A DNA stretch of 64,000 nucleotides from Okamejei kenojei (taxonomy: Eukaryota), in the NCBI GenBank assembly GCA_035221665.1, contig CM069150.1, positions 35,030,001 to 35,094,000 of the forward strand. Direction: 5' to 3'. A model generated the notes under the pieces. The model searched no databases, was not told where the DNA came from, and saw only the letters and a list, made by a program, of their open reading frames with translations. Below, one piece after another: positions 25,915 to 38,571 of the stretch. Within the stretch, counting starts at the first letter, position 1. Each line of letters begins with the position of its first letter. The position numbers were made by a program, and so were the translations under genes.

Positions 25915-26210
25915 ATGGCACAGCGGTAGCGTTGCTGCCTTAAAGCACGAGACCCGGGTTTGATCCTGGCTACGGGTGCAGTCTCTACGAAATGTGTACG
26001 TTCTACCCGTGACCACATGGGTTCTCGCTTGGTGCTCTGGTTTCCTCCCACACTCTAAAGTACAGGCTTGTAGGTTAATTGGCTTCTGTAAATTGTAGAT
26101 TGTCCCTAGTGTGTACGGTAGTGCTTGTGTATGGGGACCGCTGGTCTGCGTGGACACGGTGGGCCAAAGTGCCTGTTTCCTTCTGTATCTCTAAACTAAA
26201 CTAAAGTAAA
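25915..26210 (+). mobile_element. V-SINE/HE1-type SINE
   Basis: tggcacagcggtagcgttgctgcc...gacccgggtttgatcc; tail tctctaaactaaactaaagtaaa. Confidence 0.92.
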
Positions 26211-27524
26211 CACCGAATCCCATCTTGCTAAAATTGCCTTTGTAGGCATATTTAAAAAAAACCTGTAAATCATACAAGGAATGAGAGATACCGGGGAATT
26301 ATGAGTTATGTAGTTACATTAAAGTGAATGAAACATATTTATTGAGCAACATATACTTACACATTTTTAATATTTTTCTGACAAATTATACAAGAGTCTT
26401 AAATGTAAATCTTATCGTCAGGAATCCTTGAAGGATATTTTTACAGTAAAATATATACACCCACTGTGCTCGTCAGTTGTTGTGTCACTAAGACAACCAA
26501 TACAATTATGTCCTCACGAATATAATACAGGCTGCTTGAACATAATACCCTTTCCTCAATTCAGAAGAGGCTGAGTATAATTGTTCTGATTCAGAACATG
26601 AGAAAAAAAGATTACAATCACTCCTTCTAGGTTCCCTCAGCAGTGTAATTGTGCAAAGCATGTGGTGTTTTACTTACAATTCCTTACTACTTTCAGAAAT
26701 TGTACATTAAAATCGGAGCTGTCGTAATCTTATTTGTTGGAGGACATATACTCACACCATGGCGCCCAGACATCACTTTGTATTGCACTCTATGCAAATT
26801 GAGTGTTTTGTGTGCCAGCGGCGTGGAACCAATGGGTTACATTTTTTACGTTGTGTCTAATAGAGATGCATCTTTATACAGCCAATCAACCTTGCATAAA
26901 ATCTCCGCTTAGCCTCGGTGTTGGCTTTTCGTGGAATTTGCGTCAGTGTTTTTGGTCTTGCATGATTGATGATGCAGGTTCTCCCTGTTGCTGACCCAAT
27001 GCTGAGAGGGTGAGGTACCAGGACACAGACAAACTCAGTAACACTGGGGGAGCCACTTCCAGCTGAGGAGGAAGACAGCCCAGATGTATATAAAAGAAAG
27101 CCTAGTGCTCTGCCCAGGCTATCTTTCACCAGTTAGTATGACCCATGTACTTAAACATCTCAACTTGCTACCAATAGGGAGTAGACACTTTGATTTATCC
27201 CTTGTCTCTTGTTTGAATTAAAGATGAATGTTAATAGCTAAGAGTAGAAAATGTGGATTTATTTATTTTTTAGAATAGGTGAATAAATAAATGTATTGCC
27301 TCTTACAGAGTTGCCAAATAAACAGTTTTTACAATTCAATGCAAACATTTGAAATCCCTTTCCCTTTTTTTTTTAATGAATTGCCTGTAGAAGTTTTAAC
27401 CATTGGAAGATAGCCCAACAGGGATTTGTGTAGAGTAACTAATACACAATAAGTTTATTTCCATCTTGACGATAGTCATAATGTAAGAGCTAGTTTGAAG
27501 AAGACCCAGCAGTCTTCTTATTTG

Positions 27525-27640
27525 CAGAAACGAAGAACTGCAGATGCCGGTTTTACAAACAAAGACACAGAGTGCTGGATTAACTCAGTAGGTCAGGCAA
27601 CATCTCTGGAGAACATAGATGAGTGACGTTTCGGGTCGGG
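27525..27640 (-). mobile_element. Penelope-terminus fragment
   Basis: gaactgcagatgccgg...gacacagagtgctggattaactcag...gtgacgtttcgggtcggg. Confidence 0.75.
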
Positions 27641-27939
27641 ATTCTCATTTCACAATTGTTACAATCTTCTGTACATAAGAACATATAAATTCTACTTGTG
27701 GTACTGGAGAGCTGCATTAGATTGGAAGTTCAAAAATATGAGAAAACTGAAAGGAACCCAAATCAAGTGACTATGGAGGCAAGACGAAGGGACTTTTTGA
27801 TGTGCTACTTATGCAAGGAACCTTACTCAGGGTCTTTGGTCAGATATACTTCAAAATGTAATTTCTTGCAAGCCAGGAGTTTTAGAAGAGGAACTGCCTC
27901 TTATGATAGTAACCCTTGGTGGAGTTCCAAAACCAAGAA

Positions 27940-28914
27940 TCTATATAATTAAAAGTCTCATCTTGACCACTTCCTGTCTGCGCTGTATATTGATTTTAGA
28001 AAAAAATGCTACTATATATCGCTATGATATTTGGCCATCTTACTCGCAGTCCTCCTCCGCTGAGCAGGCCCCGAGGATTTTTTCTATCGATGAAAAATAA
28101 AAAAGTGATTTGTGTTTAAAAAAAACTTGAGATGCTCTCGCCTGTCAATCACTGCGATGAAGGTAATGCCCCTTCTGGTGGGGGGGGGGGCAGGACTATA
28201 AAACCCCAGATGTCAGGACGTGACTCAATCACTCTGCAAGATCACGAGGGAGAGGCCACGACTCTCATTCTAAGCTATGAATCAACTGAACTGTGAGTTT
28301 GCAATGTACTTGCAATAAATGATTTGTTAGCCCTTAATGACAATGCCATGAGATGTTTGCCCTGCTGCCCTGCCTGTGCTTGAAACTGCAATGCTTTATT
28401 AGGTCCGACTGTGTTTGGAAGGAATAAATGCTTTATTAGGTCCGACTGTGTTTGGTTCAAAAGTCCCGCTCAATTTGTGACTTCCACTTAGTGGACAGGA
28501 AATGCCGCCGACAGCAGAAGTCCCAAAGTGGAGAGGCCACACTTAGCCATGTGAGTATTCAAGAAAGTTTACTGCCATATATATGGTGTGTGTCACTGAG
28601 TGTGTGTGTGTGTGTATGTGTTTGTGAGTGAGTAAGTGTGTGCGCGCGTGCGCGCGCGCGAGTGAGTGAGTGTGTGAGTGTGTGTGTGTGAGTGGTCTCA
28701 GTGACTGAGCTGCCAGCCCAAGAATCTATTCGGCCCACAATGTCCATACTATCCCTCTGGAAACCAGTCCCTTCGGCCCACAACACCATGCTAGCGCTCC
28801 AGAAAGCCTCCTCCCGCCCCCCCACTGGCCAGCAATATTGGAATTGGTGGAGCGGTGGAATATTGCATTGGGGGACCAGCCCTCCCATGTGAAGCTGGGT
28901 CCCACTTAGTCTAG
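27940..28914 (+). mobile_element. Non-autonomous Helitron
   Basis: 5' A|TCTATATAATTAAAAG; 3' GC-rich hairpin gggaccagc...gctgggtccc followed by acttagtCTAG; no TSD; internal (TG)n microsatellite. Confidence 0.78.
28585..28692. repeat. Imperfect (TG)n/(CG)n/(GAGT)n microsatellite inside the Helitron
   Basis: gtgtgtgt...gcgcgcgcg...gtgagtgagtgtgtg. Confidence 0.9.
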
Positions 28915-29740
28915 GAATGGATTATAAGCAGGATTGAGCATTCCAGGTCTCTGGACAATTGGACACCTTAGAGACACTTCTCTAGTGACACCTAGAGTAA
29001 GCATTAGATTAGTCAAGCCAAATCTACCCTGCCCTCCAAGAAAAATAAATTAAGCTTACCTCTAATATTTAGAGAACTCTGGTCCAAAAGTTAAGATTGC
29101 AGTTTAGGTATGGACTATCCCTACAATGTAATGTGCAGCAAGCTTCCATTCTTTCATTTTTGCATTGATGTTTTATGCAGTTTCTTAATCACATTTGTAC
29201 ACTTCAATCAGATATGTTTTGTGCAGCTATCATCATCATCACTGGTATGAGCCCATTTACCAGCCTCAGTACCAGTGTACATCACATACATGGAGGAGAG
29301 TGATATAATTTCACCTTAAACATTGAAGCATTTCACTGATTTTCAGCTTCAGATCAATGAGGATGAATATAACAATGTATGTACTATCTAGTAGAATTTC
29401 TAAGCTATTAAGTGTAGGAATTAAAATTTCTGTAGTTACTGCTGAAACCATCAATGATTTTACAATATTTCCAGGATGTTCTCAGCCATTGACTACTGAA
29501 TATATGCTGTAACCCAAGTGAAAGATCTCTCCTGACTTGCTAATTGACTTGAGCCCAGTTGATTAAACAGATGGGTATATCTGTTGCTGAAGTTTAATGT
29601 GTTAAATGACAGAAATAATCAGATTTTGTAGAAACCAAGCTAGGCAATTCCACTTTTCAACAGATATTGAACTGATGTAGGTATAGTCAATTTTTAAGCA
29701 GAGACTCCGTAAGTAGAGAAATACACCAGAGCAGCTTCAG

Positions 29741-29838
29741 GCTGAAAAAGGGTCTCGACCTGAAACGTCGCCCATTCCTTCTCTCCAGAGATGCTGCCTC
29801 ACCCGCTCAGTTACTCCAGCATTTTGTGTCTACCTTCG
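29741..29838 (+). mobile_element. Penelope-terminus monomer with hammerhead-like core
   Basis: ctgaaaaagggtctcgacctgaaacgtcgcccattcc...gatgctgcc...ttactccagcattttgtgtc. Confidence 0.82.
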
Positions 29839-32269
29839 GGTTCAATGGATTTTGGTTGACTAACTTGGAGGCCTGAATGTGAAAGCTACGACGACGTGGG
29901 ATCACTCGGAAAGCTTATTCTGTTGGTCAAAATGCCAAAAGACAATGGCAGGGTGCAGGGCTTGCTTGAATGTCTTGAGCACACTCTCCTGGTTGTCATG
30001 CAGTGTGCATCATTAATTGTAGCCATGGAGATTGTAGTCTTGGCTATTCACCACTCCCAGCTGTATGGAAAAAATATGTCTGTGCCCCTGGGTGAAGTGA
30101 AGGGATAAAATAGATGATGTGATAATTTTTCTATTATTAAAAAAAAAATTGTGTGCATTTTAATTTTAAAGAATAGGTAGCCTGCAGTATAAAATATTCA
30201 GTAGTCAGAAGAAACTAATTGTTTTGTTTGTTTCTCCACCCAGAAGGTGCCTGTTTCAAATATTCTGGTTGATTCTAGTTTATCAAATCTCCCCCCTTAA
30301 CTCTTTTGGCAATAGCACATGTTAGTACCAGGGGCTGCTATTTAAAACTAATTGCACAAGTACAGATCAGTAAATATTTGAGTCAATCAAGCTGCCAACT
30401 TCGAAGGGAACTTTGCAACAGAAAAAAAAACTATAGTAATTACCAAAGGTGAAAAAGTAGGGGTTAGGAAACTGTTGTGTGACAAAACTAAAGAACAAAA
30501 GTAATTAAAATACTCATTTGTAATTAAGTAGTAATTAAAATGTTACGTGTGACTCAGAGTGCCATTTTGAAGTTTAAATAATTTAAGATTATTGTTTAAT
30601 ATGGGTTTATAAGCTCATTAAATCACCTTTCTTTTAATGAAGCATCCAAAAAGAATGGCAGTGCAGACTTCTGTCAAAAAAGCTAAATCTTTCCAGACTA
30701 AATTAAAAGAAAATGAGGAAGCCTAATGGCTTCTGTTTGGCAGCTTAAGCTTCTGTTTTTACTGTCACCTTCGTTTTATTCATGGTTGTCACTGTTGGGT
30801 CATGCATTATTAATAATAATTTTAGGAACATTTAGCATAAATGCCAGTACAGTACCATGCTAGCTTTCGACACGAACCAACAGCATATTGTTACAATTGC
30901 TGGAAATGTTCTGAAAATGATTACACTAGAGAACCACAGCTGGCCCAAATGTCCATGAAATCTGCTGTGCTTTATTTCTTTTTCCCTACTTACTGCTACC
31001 GAGGTAACAAGTTTTTCCACATTGTACACCATTTCTAGTTAGGAATTTACGTACACCTTTCTATAATATTAATCTGCAAATATGAGTTAAAAGACAAAAA
31101 TGCAAATGTCAATCATAGCAGTTTTTAAAAAAAAGCTGAACCAAACGAAGTAAATCGGTGAGTGACTATAAGGAGTGCGATATTGGGTTTGTATTCTGTA
31201 TTCACAATGGAAATACATGTTTGCCTCTGATGGTCCCATTATGTCGGCATTTTCATTTCCGATGAAGGGTCAGAACTGAAACAAGAGCCTTCTATCAGCT
31301 CTGCGTGTAGGAGTTTGCTATTTTCTGGCTCTGTTGTTTGCTGATTTTGCATATTTGCAGAACTACATTTCGTGACCCTGGATTTTCAATGTATTTAACG
31401 CACTATATCCTCCATAGAAGAAAGGATATGGCGCAGTAGAGGAAAAATGATTAGAGAAAAATGCATAGAAATCAATCCTTGGGATCTCGAAGATTCCCCA
31501 AATTTAATCTTCCGCCTTCCTCTCTTCAGTGTATGTCCACGCTTGCCGTAGGGTAGCAACAACTATCAACCTCTCGTGATCTGGATTTGGCAGTTTTTGA
31601 GTTGGTTCATAATGAACAAAGATCTGAACAGTTCCTGCGATCTTGTGGATTTGGAGGTGCCTGTTGCCTTCAAAAGTGATAGTTAACTTAACTAAAGGAA
31701 CAAAATATTCCACTGCACACACACAATACCTTTTTTATGTCGCAGCATAGATTGGCTGTCACATTAGAAGCTGATATGCAATTTTAACACGGGGCCAGGA
31801 ATTTAAAATGCTCAATTTAGAAAAAGCAGTGGTTGCCCTATATGTTCCTGAAAAATATACTGATAGGGAACAATGTTGGTTGTTGGCTTTTATTTCCTGC
31901 CAAGCTCATATTGAAATTGTGTATTCCCTGCTAGTATCATGATTAGTATGTGTGGATTTCTCAGTGGGTGTGAAAGATTCACACTGGCAGTCCAATTACA
32001 AGTGCATATCTTAATCGATGTGTGTCTGTCCTGAAATATACTGTTATATTGCCACTTTATGGAGCCTCGCCACACACAGATATAGATATCTAAAAGATCT
32101 CTGGAATCTTATGGAGCATCTGACTTTGAGAGGATCTGTGATGAATTCTTCTCAAATTTGGCTACGCTCAGAAATTCATCTTTATCCTTCATGTGCTACA
32201 TGATCACAAAATCGTAAGAGATGGGAATAGAATTAAGCCATTCGACCTGATATCATGCAGGTTATGATT

Positions 32270-32445
32270 TTAACCAAGGGGCTACAACAGACCCAATTTG
32301 CAGCAAAGGCGAGCATCAAGCAAGGCTGTGTCGTCACTCTTTACACTTTCCTCGGTACTTTAGTACTGTGATTTATCTCCAATCAGCTTTCCACTGGAGT
32401 CAAACTAATCTGCAGGAAAATTAGGAAACTGTTGAGCCTACATCA
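32270..32445 (+). mobile_element. RTE-clade LINE RT fragment, degenerate
   Basis: acagacccaattt...catcaagcaaggctgtgtcgtc resembles TDPF...KQGCV. Confidence 0.55.
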
Positions 32446-34534
32446 TGATTACTCCATCCTCATTAGTTGAGCTGCACTCCATAGATGGTGCTTTGGTCCA
32501 GTGCCACGGGCCATTCGTACGTAGGTCACCAAAATGCTCAAGGGAGTGTGCATTAAACTAATCATCTGCAGCATATACTTATTACAAACTGCCCCATTGC
32601 ACAATAGCGACTGAGCAAGTCTCTGTAAATTGAGAATCAGTGCTTGGGTTGATGAGCTAGATGCTATGGAAGCAACAGATGAATCCTTGGGAAGAGGGAG
32701 AGAACATACATAACGTTTTGGGACTGAGTAATGTTTATAAATGGACAGGTTTTGTTTTCCCATTGTAAATGTTTGACAAATCATCAGCACTACAAAAAAA
32801 AAATGTGGACATTCCCATTTGCTCTTGCTGGGACCTCTTTGAGCAAATCACTTCAATCTTTCATTCACTGCAGGAAGAGATTCACCTGCAGCCCCAAAGC
32901 TTGACAATAACTGGGCACTTACAGTTTCCAGACCAACTCTGACATCGACTTAAATTGGATTAATGACCTTTACTGTTTAGCTGCTTTATATAGGAAAGGA
33001 TTTATCTAACTCACATTTTGCTATCGTATATCACCCACAGTGACATCTCCTGTGATTTGTCAATTGAGTAAGTACTTCAATTAACATGGAAAGAAAAATT
33101 GTTACCAGCCAAAGGTTAGAAGTGCAGCTGGCTATTTGGCTAATGCAACCGTAAACACTGGGATAATGATCTCATAAGTAATTGTGTTCTATACATTATA
33201 GTACATGACTTTCTGTTCTAACTTGTTCTTTGTGCTTATCAGAACCTTGTTTAGGTTTGCATCTTGCAATTAGAGTTGAACTTCCATGAGTTTCACACCA
33301 GACCAGCCCAAGATTGGACATGTGCTGTGCACCGGGCCAACAAACAAAAGACATTGCAACAAATGTCTACAGCAGAATTCCAAAGCACTTTTACCATACA
33401 CAAAGGCAGAGGAATGAAAGTAGTACTCAGTTCTTAGGTGGTTGGTACAGAGAAGGGGGCAGAGATGGGGAGGATGGAATAGGGTAGACATAGGGATAAT
33501 GGAGTTTGGTCAGGTAGCAATCAAGATGGGGAGGATGGTTCTGGTGGAATTGGAAGCTTGTGGATCAGATCAGTGCACAGAGAGACAATCAGTGAAATGG
33601 GTGTCGGATCAGCTTCTCGTTTAGCTGCGAGGTGGATCAGGATAGTAGTTGATTGCATTGGGGTGAAGATCAGAAGAAGTTGGTTGGAGTTCAAGGAAGA
33701 TTCACTTCTAGGTTTTTTGTTACATAAAGGGTCCCTACCTACCCTTAAGGTGCCCCATGTCTGTCACACTGGAGCAGGCCTTGCATGATTACTGAAGTCC
33801 TGCTTCTGCATGTGCAGCCCATGTACATGTATCCCGATAATATTTAACCAATGTGGTATCTGCATGCCTGTCGTTTCTGTTGGATGGGGGATTGTCTGGC
33901 TGGGGACATATGTGAGATAAGACACCATCATGTGTAGAGGGAAATTGTGGATTTTCTGAAAAACGCGGTAAGTTCGATGAACTTTTTGTTACCTTGTCTG
34001 CTCCAGAAACCTGGTGACTCTTGTGTACTGCCCAGGTGAGGTCCGCTGTATGATTTTACCAGGTTGTACACAAAACAAAGCATTTCACTGCACCTAGGTA
34101 CATGTTGCAGTAAAGAATCATTGAATCATTGAAGTCTTGGATCCCATTGAAAGATCAATTTGCTGAAGAAATGTTCTCACATAGTGCAACACATGGTGCT
34201 GCATAATCACATTTCGAGATCACTAACTCATATTTGCAAATGCCCTCAATTTGAATCATTATTTGCACTGAGCTAAATCTAGAACTTTTAAATAAATACC
34301 TAAAATACCATTTCTTTTTCTATTTTGTGCCTCTCCATTTTTGCACTTTTGATATATGTAAGCAAGTTGACTTGTATGCACATGTACAATTTCCTTTTTG
34401 AGAGTTGTAAAGAGCTCAATATGTGTGCATCAGAATGAGATGATTAACTAAAAATATTGTTTACTGTCTATTGTATTAGAGATTTGTATTGTAGTTCCAA
34501 AATACTTGGATTTTTTTTTGTGTAAATAAATTAG

Positions 34535-34708
34535 AGTTCATAGATTCCTAAGTGACAGGAGCATTCGGCTAATCAAGCCTACGCCTCCATTCGACCATGG
34601 CTGATCTATATTTCCCTCCTAATCCCATTTCCCTGCCTTCTTCCCATAACCCCTGACACCCGTACTAATCAAGAATCTATCTATCTCTGCCTTAAAAATA
34701 TCCATTGG
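34535..34708 (-). mobile_element. CR1 3' tail
   Basis: ccatggctgatctatatttccctcctaatcccatt...aagaatctatctatctctgccttaaaaata. Confidence 0.85.
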
Positions 34709-35979
34709 CTCGGCCATTGGCTGTAGTGTAGGTTTTCCAACATACCATGTGTACCGGCTGACTGAATATATGGTTTTGATAGTTAGATGAGCAATGCCGG
34801 ATTTATGGATATTTATTTTTAATGCTGCTTAACTGATCCTCTGGGATCCAGCATCCATTTTTCTGGAAATCCAGAGAGCTAACTCCTAGCATATATTGTT
34901 TGAATTAATTTTTATGAAATCCTCAATATCATGGCTGTCAACCCACTCGACTAGAAAAGTACTGAATATTTTAAGGATGGAAATTGTGCAGAAGCTGAAC
35001 ATAATTGTTTCTTTGGATGGTGGACTGTGCAAATTGAGAGGCATTATCTCATTTACTAGAACATTTGGTTGGCATCAGTTGCCTAGATTGAGCTGGCATT
35101 TGTCAAACTATATGTACCACCCATTCCCTCCAGTGTTTTGTCAATAATACCAGGTTACCTCAGCAATGCTGAATAAAGGCGTTCCTGTGGCATGCAACTT
35201 GTTTCAAAGTAACATCATGGCAAGGGTTAAGCCCAAACGAGATCTCTGTCCCTCTAAAGCCAAAATAAATTCATTTCATTAAGATAATTGCTGCAAAAAA
35301 CTTGACCGTTTGAGGGGCTTTTAACTGTGGTGGGAAGTCTTAGCACATTTTACTCTTTTACTTCAGGAGGTTGGTGTGATTTATGTTAAAGTGCGAATAC
35401 AAAGATAACTTGGTCAATGCACCAGCAAACGTTAAGGTAGTGGGAATTTCCAGTTTTTATGCGTGTGTATTACTGACTCTAATATGTTTACTGGGATCAG
35501 TTAACATGGAGGAGCAAAGGTGCACTCCTTATAGATATCTACCCATAACTGGGTCCAGATCTACTCATCGTGGATTAACTTGAGAGTCTGGGACTTCTAT
35601 TGGAGAAGGAGATGGTGTTCAGATCATGCCGTGTAGGGGCCCAGCCTGAGATCCCCGGACAGGGATCCAAGGTATCTTCTCAGTGCTTGCTTTAGACTGG
35701 AATAATCTCATTTTCCGATGCCCTTTGACAATTTTAAAATTTAGATGAACCTTAATACAGACAGAAAAACTCAGTCTTTGTCCTCTTATTGAATTAAGTT
35801 GACAATTGGTGGGATTTACTAATATTATTCAGCTCATACATTCGGGAATGATTAAAAAAATAATGTCTGATTATGTATTTTTGGTCTTGCCTCCTGTAAT
35901 CGTTCAGAAATCTGGAGGAAAGCACATGGAAAATCCCGAGATTCTCATGTCCTGGTCACTTAAAGGTTTGGCCCTGTTA

Positions 35980-36250
35980 TAGAATCATAGGAAACGTAGA
36001 ATAAAGATGTTGGCCATTTGGCCGACTGAACCTATTCTCATGGAGAGCTACATATCCTGGTCACAACATCTTGCTGTAGGTCAATGACTCTGCAGGTTGC
36101 AGCTGTTCAGAGGCACAGCAGAAAATGTTTTGAAAGTGATTGAGGGTGTCTGCCTCTCTCACCCCCTAGAGGCCATGAGAACCATATGCCTATTACCCTC
36201 TAAATTAAAAGAATGTTCCTCTAATTTTATGACTAATTATTTAAAATCTA
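35980..36250 (-). mobile_element. Old CR1 3' tail
   Basis: atagaatcataggaaacgtagaataaagatgttggccatttggcc tail; tctgcctctctcacccc...ccatatgcctattaccctct. Confidence 0.55.
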
Positions 36251-36362
36251 TGCTTCAAGTCATCTAATTAACAAAATTTTACGATTTACCATCGCAGTAT
36301 AATTAAACCCTTGGTCAGTAGGGATCTGTTTACTTGACCAAAACTAATATTATTGTAGATGG

Positions 36363-36588
36363 ACACAAAATGCTGGAGTAACTCAGCGGGAAGGGCAGCA
36401 TCTCTGGAGAGAAGGAATGGGTGACGTTTCGGATTGAGACCCATCTTCAGACTGATGAAGTCTAAAGAAGGGTCTTGACCCGAAACGTCACCCATTCCTT
36501 CTCTCCAGAGATGCTGCCCGTCACACTGAGTTATTCCAGCATTTGTGTCTATCTTCGGTTTAAACCAGCATCTGCAGTTCCTTCCTAC
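36363..36588. mobile_element. Fold-back Penelope-terminus element
   Basis: ~95-bp inverted arms centred on cttcagactgatgaagtctaaagaag; flanks aatattattgtagatgg (36346-36362) / aaaattatcgtggatgg (36589-36605). Confidence 0.88.
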
Positions 36589-36984
36589 AAAATTATCGTG
36601 GATGGTTTCAGTCAACTGTTATTCTATCTGTATTAAGGTGCATCTCAATTTTTAAAATGTCCATCGGCATAGGAAAATTAGATTGCTCCAATCTAAAGCA
36701 AGCACTGATGTAGATATCTTCGATTAAATAATCTCACCACATCTTGAAAGTTCAATGCAAAGTGATCTGTTCTTTTGTTTTTCCAATAATCCTGCATGTC
36801 ACCCATTTTTCGACGTCTTAATCTCCGGGAAGAAGTCTTTAAGAATAATTTACAGCTGCTGGATTTGTGTTAGTCAGGGGCAGCAACAATGTGACATCAT
36901 GGTCTGCTGACAAATGGCTTCCAATCAATAGTGAGATAACACCTACTTAGAGACCTGATTTTACTTGGCAGATAATAAGGTTAG

Positions 36985-37302
36985 AAATAAGGGTTAAGCC
37001 ATTTAAGGGGTAAGCCATCTTTTAAGAATAAGGGGTAAGCCATTTAGAACGGAGATGAGGAAACACTTTTTCACATGGAGAGTTGTGAGTGTGGAATTCT
37101 CTGCCTCAGAGGGCAGTGGAAGCCGGTTCTCTGGATACTTTCAAGAGAGAGCTTGATAGGGCTCTTGAAGTCAGGGGATATGGGGAGAAGGCAGGAACGG
37201 GTTACTGATTGGGGATGATCAGCATGATCACATTGAATGGTGGTGCTGGCTTGAAGGGCCGATTGGCCTCCTCCTGCACCTGTTGTCTATTGTCTTTTGT
37301 CT
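36985..37302 (+). mobile_element. CR1 3' fragment with reiterated 5' junction
   Basis: agaacggagatgaggaaacactttttcac...; tail ctgttgtctattgtcttttgtct; taagggg/ttaagccat occurs three times at the 5' end. Confidence 0.88.
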
Positions 37303-38179
37303 AAATGAATTATTGTCAGTAGATGTGAAAGGAAGGTTATGCATGTTAGATATAATTTTGCTCAACCCAGTGTGACTCTTTAAAGAAGAAACTAACAGTA
37401 ATAACCAAGAGAAATTTGGTTAAATGCACATTTATGACGTGTCATATTCCAGTCTGTAATATTCCATTATGTTTCAATTCAAACAATCCATCCCCAAGTA
37501 TTACATTTCTTGTTAGATGTTGGCATCTTCAGGTTTATCAGAAGAAATCATGACATCAATCAACTTTTCTCAGGAGTCCACATAACACCCTTTGTCAAGT
37601 CTAATTAGGAATATCCTGAAAAAAAACCGCTGGAGTTTCTCAGCGGGTCAAGCAGCATCTCTGGAGAAGGACAGATGATGTTTTGGGTGAGGGTAGGCGT
37701 CTCCTGATGCTTGCAAAATGTTCTCAGCATTATCTTACGTAACTCATAAATGGTGATGTAGGATAGGTACGTAGGGACATATTTTCTGTCTGTTTAATAT
37801 TCGGGCAGATTACAGATACAATTAATTTGGTTCATTCTTTTTATAGTGACCTAGTTGATGTTGATTGGTATTTTTTCCGAACCATATTTGAACTTCTTTG
37901 GATGGTCAAAAAATCTTGCTTTTTTAACAAATTTTCCACCAGAGTAATTGGGACTTAGCTGGGATGTATTATTTTGGAGTTTGATCAATTGAACACTGTT
38001 ATTTATATATTGACCATGTTGGTTTGAGATATACATGTAAGTATATACCTGCAGGTACTACTGTATATTGGGGTGGTTGAACTTTACGCAGGGACATAAT
38101 AACGGTAAGAGGAACAATCACACAAGTATCGTCTGGAACTTTGCAGCCTATACAATCAACAAAATACTACTACAATCGT

Positions 38180-38290
38180 GTTGTTTAAGGAAGAACTGCA
38201 GATGCTGGAAAAAGCAAAGGTAGACAAAAATGCTGGAGAAACTCAGAGGGTGAGGCAGCATCTATGGAGCGAAGGAATAGGTGACGTTTC
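38180..38290 (-). mobile_element. Penelope-terminus monomer (truncated)
   Basis: gaactgcagatgctgg...gacaaaaatgctggagaaactcag...ataggtgacgtttc. Confidence 0.8.
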
Positions 38291-38390
38291 TCCAGAAAAA
38301 ATCGTGTTCTTTTGTTTGCTTTCTGTTAAAGGAGTCTTTACATCACTTAAGTTCCTCCAGCTGGGAAAGCAAACAAGTAAGTCAAGGTTT

Positions 38391-38571
38391 ACACAAAAAG
38401 CTGGAGAAACTCAGCGGGTGCAGCAGCATCTAAGGAGCGAAGGAGATAGGCGACGTTTCATGTCGAGACCCTTCTTCAGACGTCTGAAGAAGGGTCTCGA
38501 CCCGAAACGTCGCCTATCTCCTTCGCTTTTTGTGTAACCCTCGATTCTCCAGCATCTGCAGTTCCTTCTTT
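38391..38571. mobile_element. Fold-back Penelope-terminus element with intact hammerhead-like core and 19-bp TSD
   Basis: Palindrome centre cttcttcagacgtctgaagaag; core ctgaaga-agggtctcgaccc-gaaacgtc at 38484-38511; flanks aacaagtaagtcaaggttt (38372-38390) / aacaagtgagtcaaggttt (38572-38590). Confidence 0.9.
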
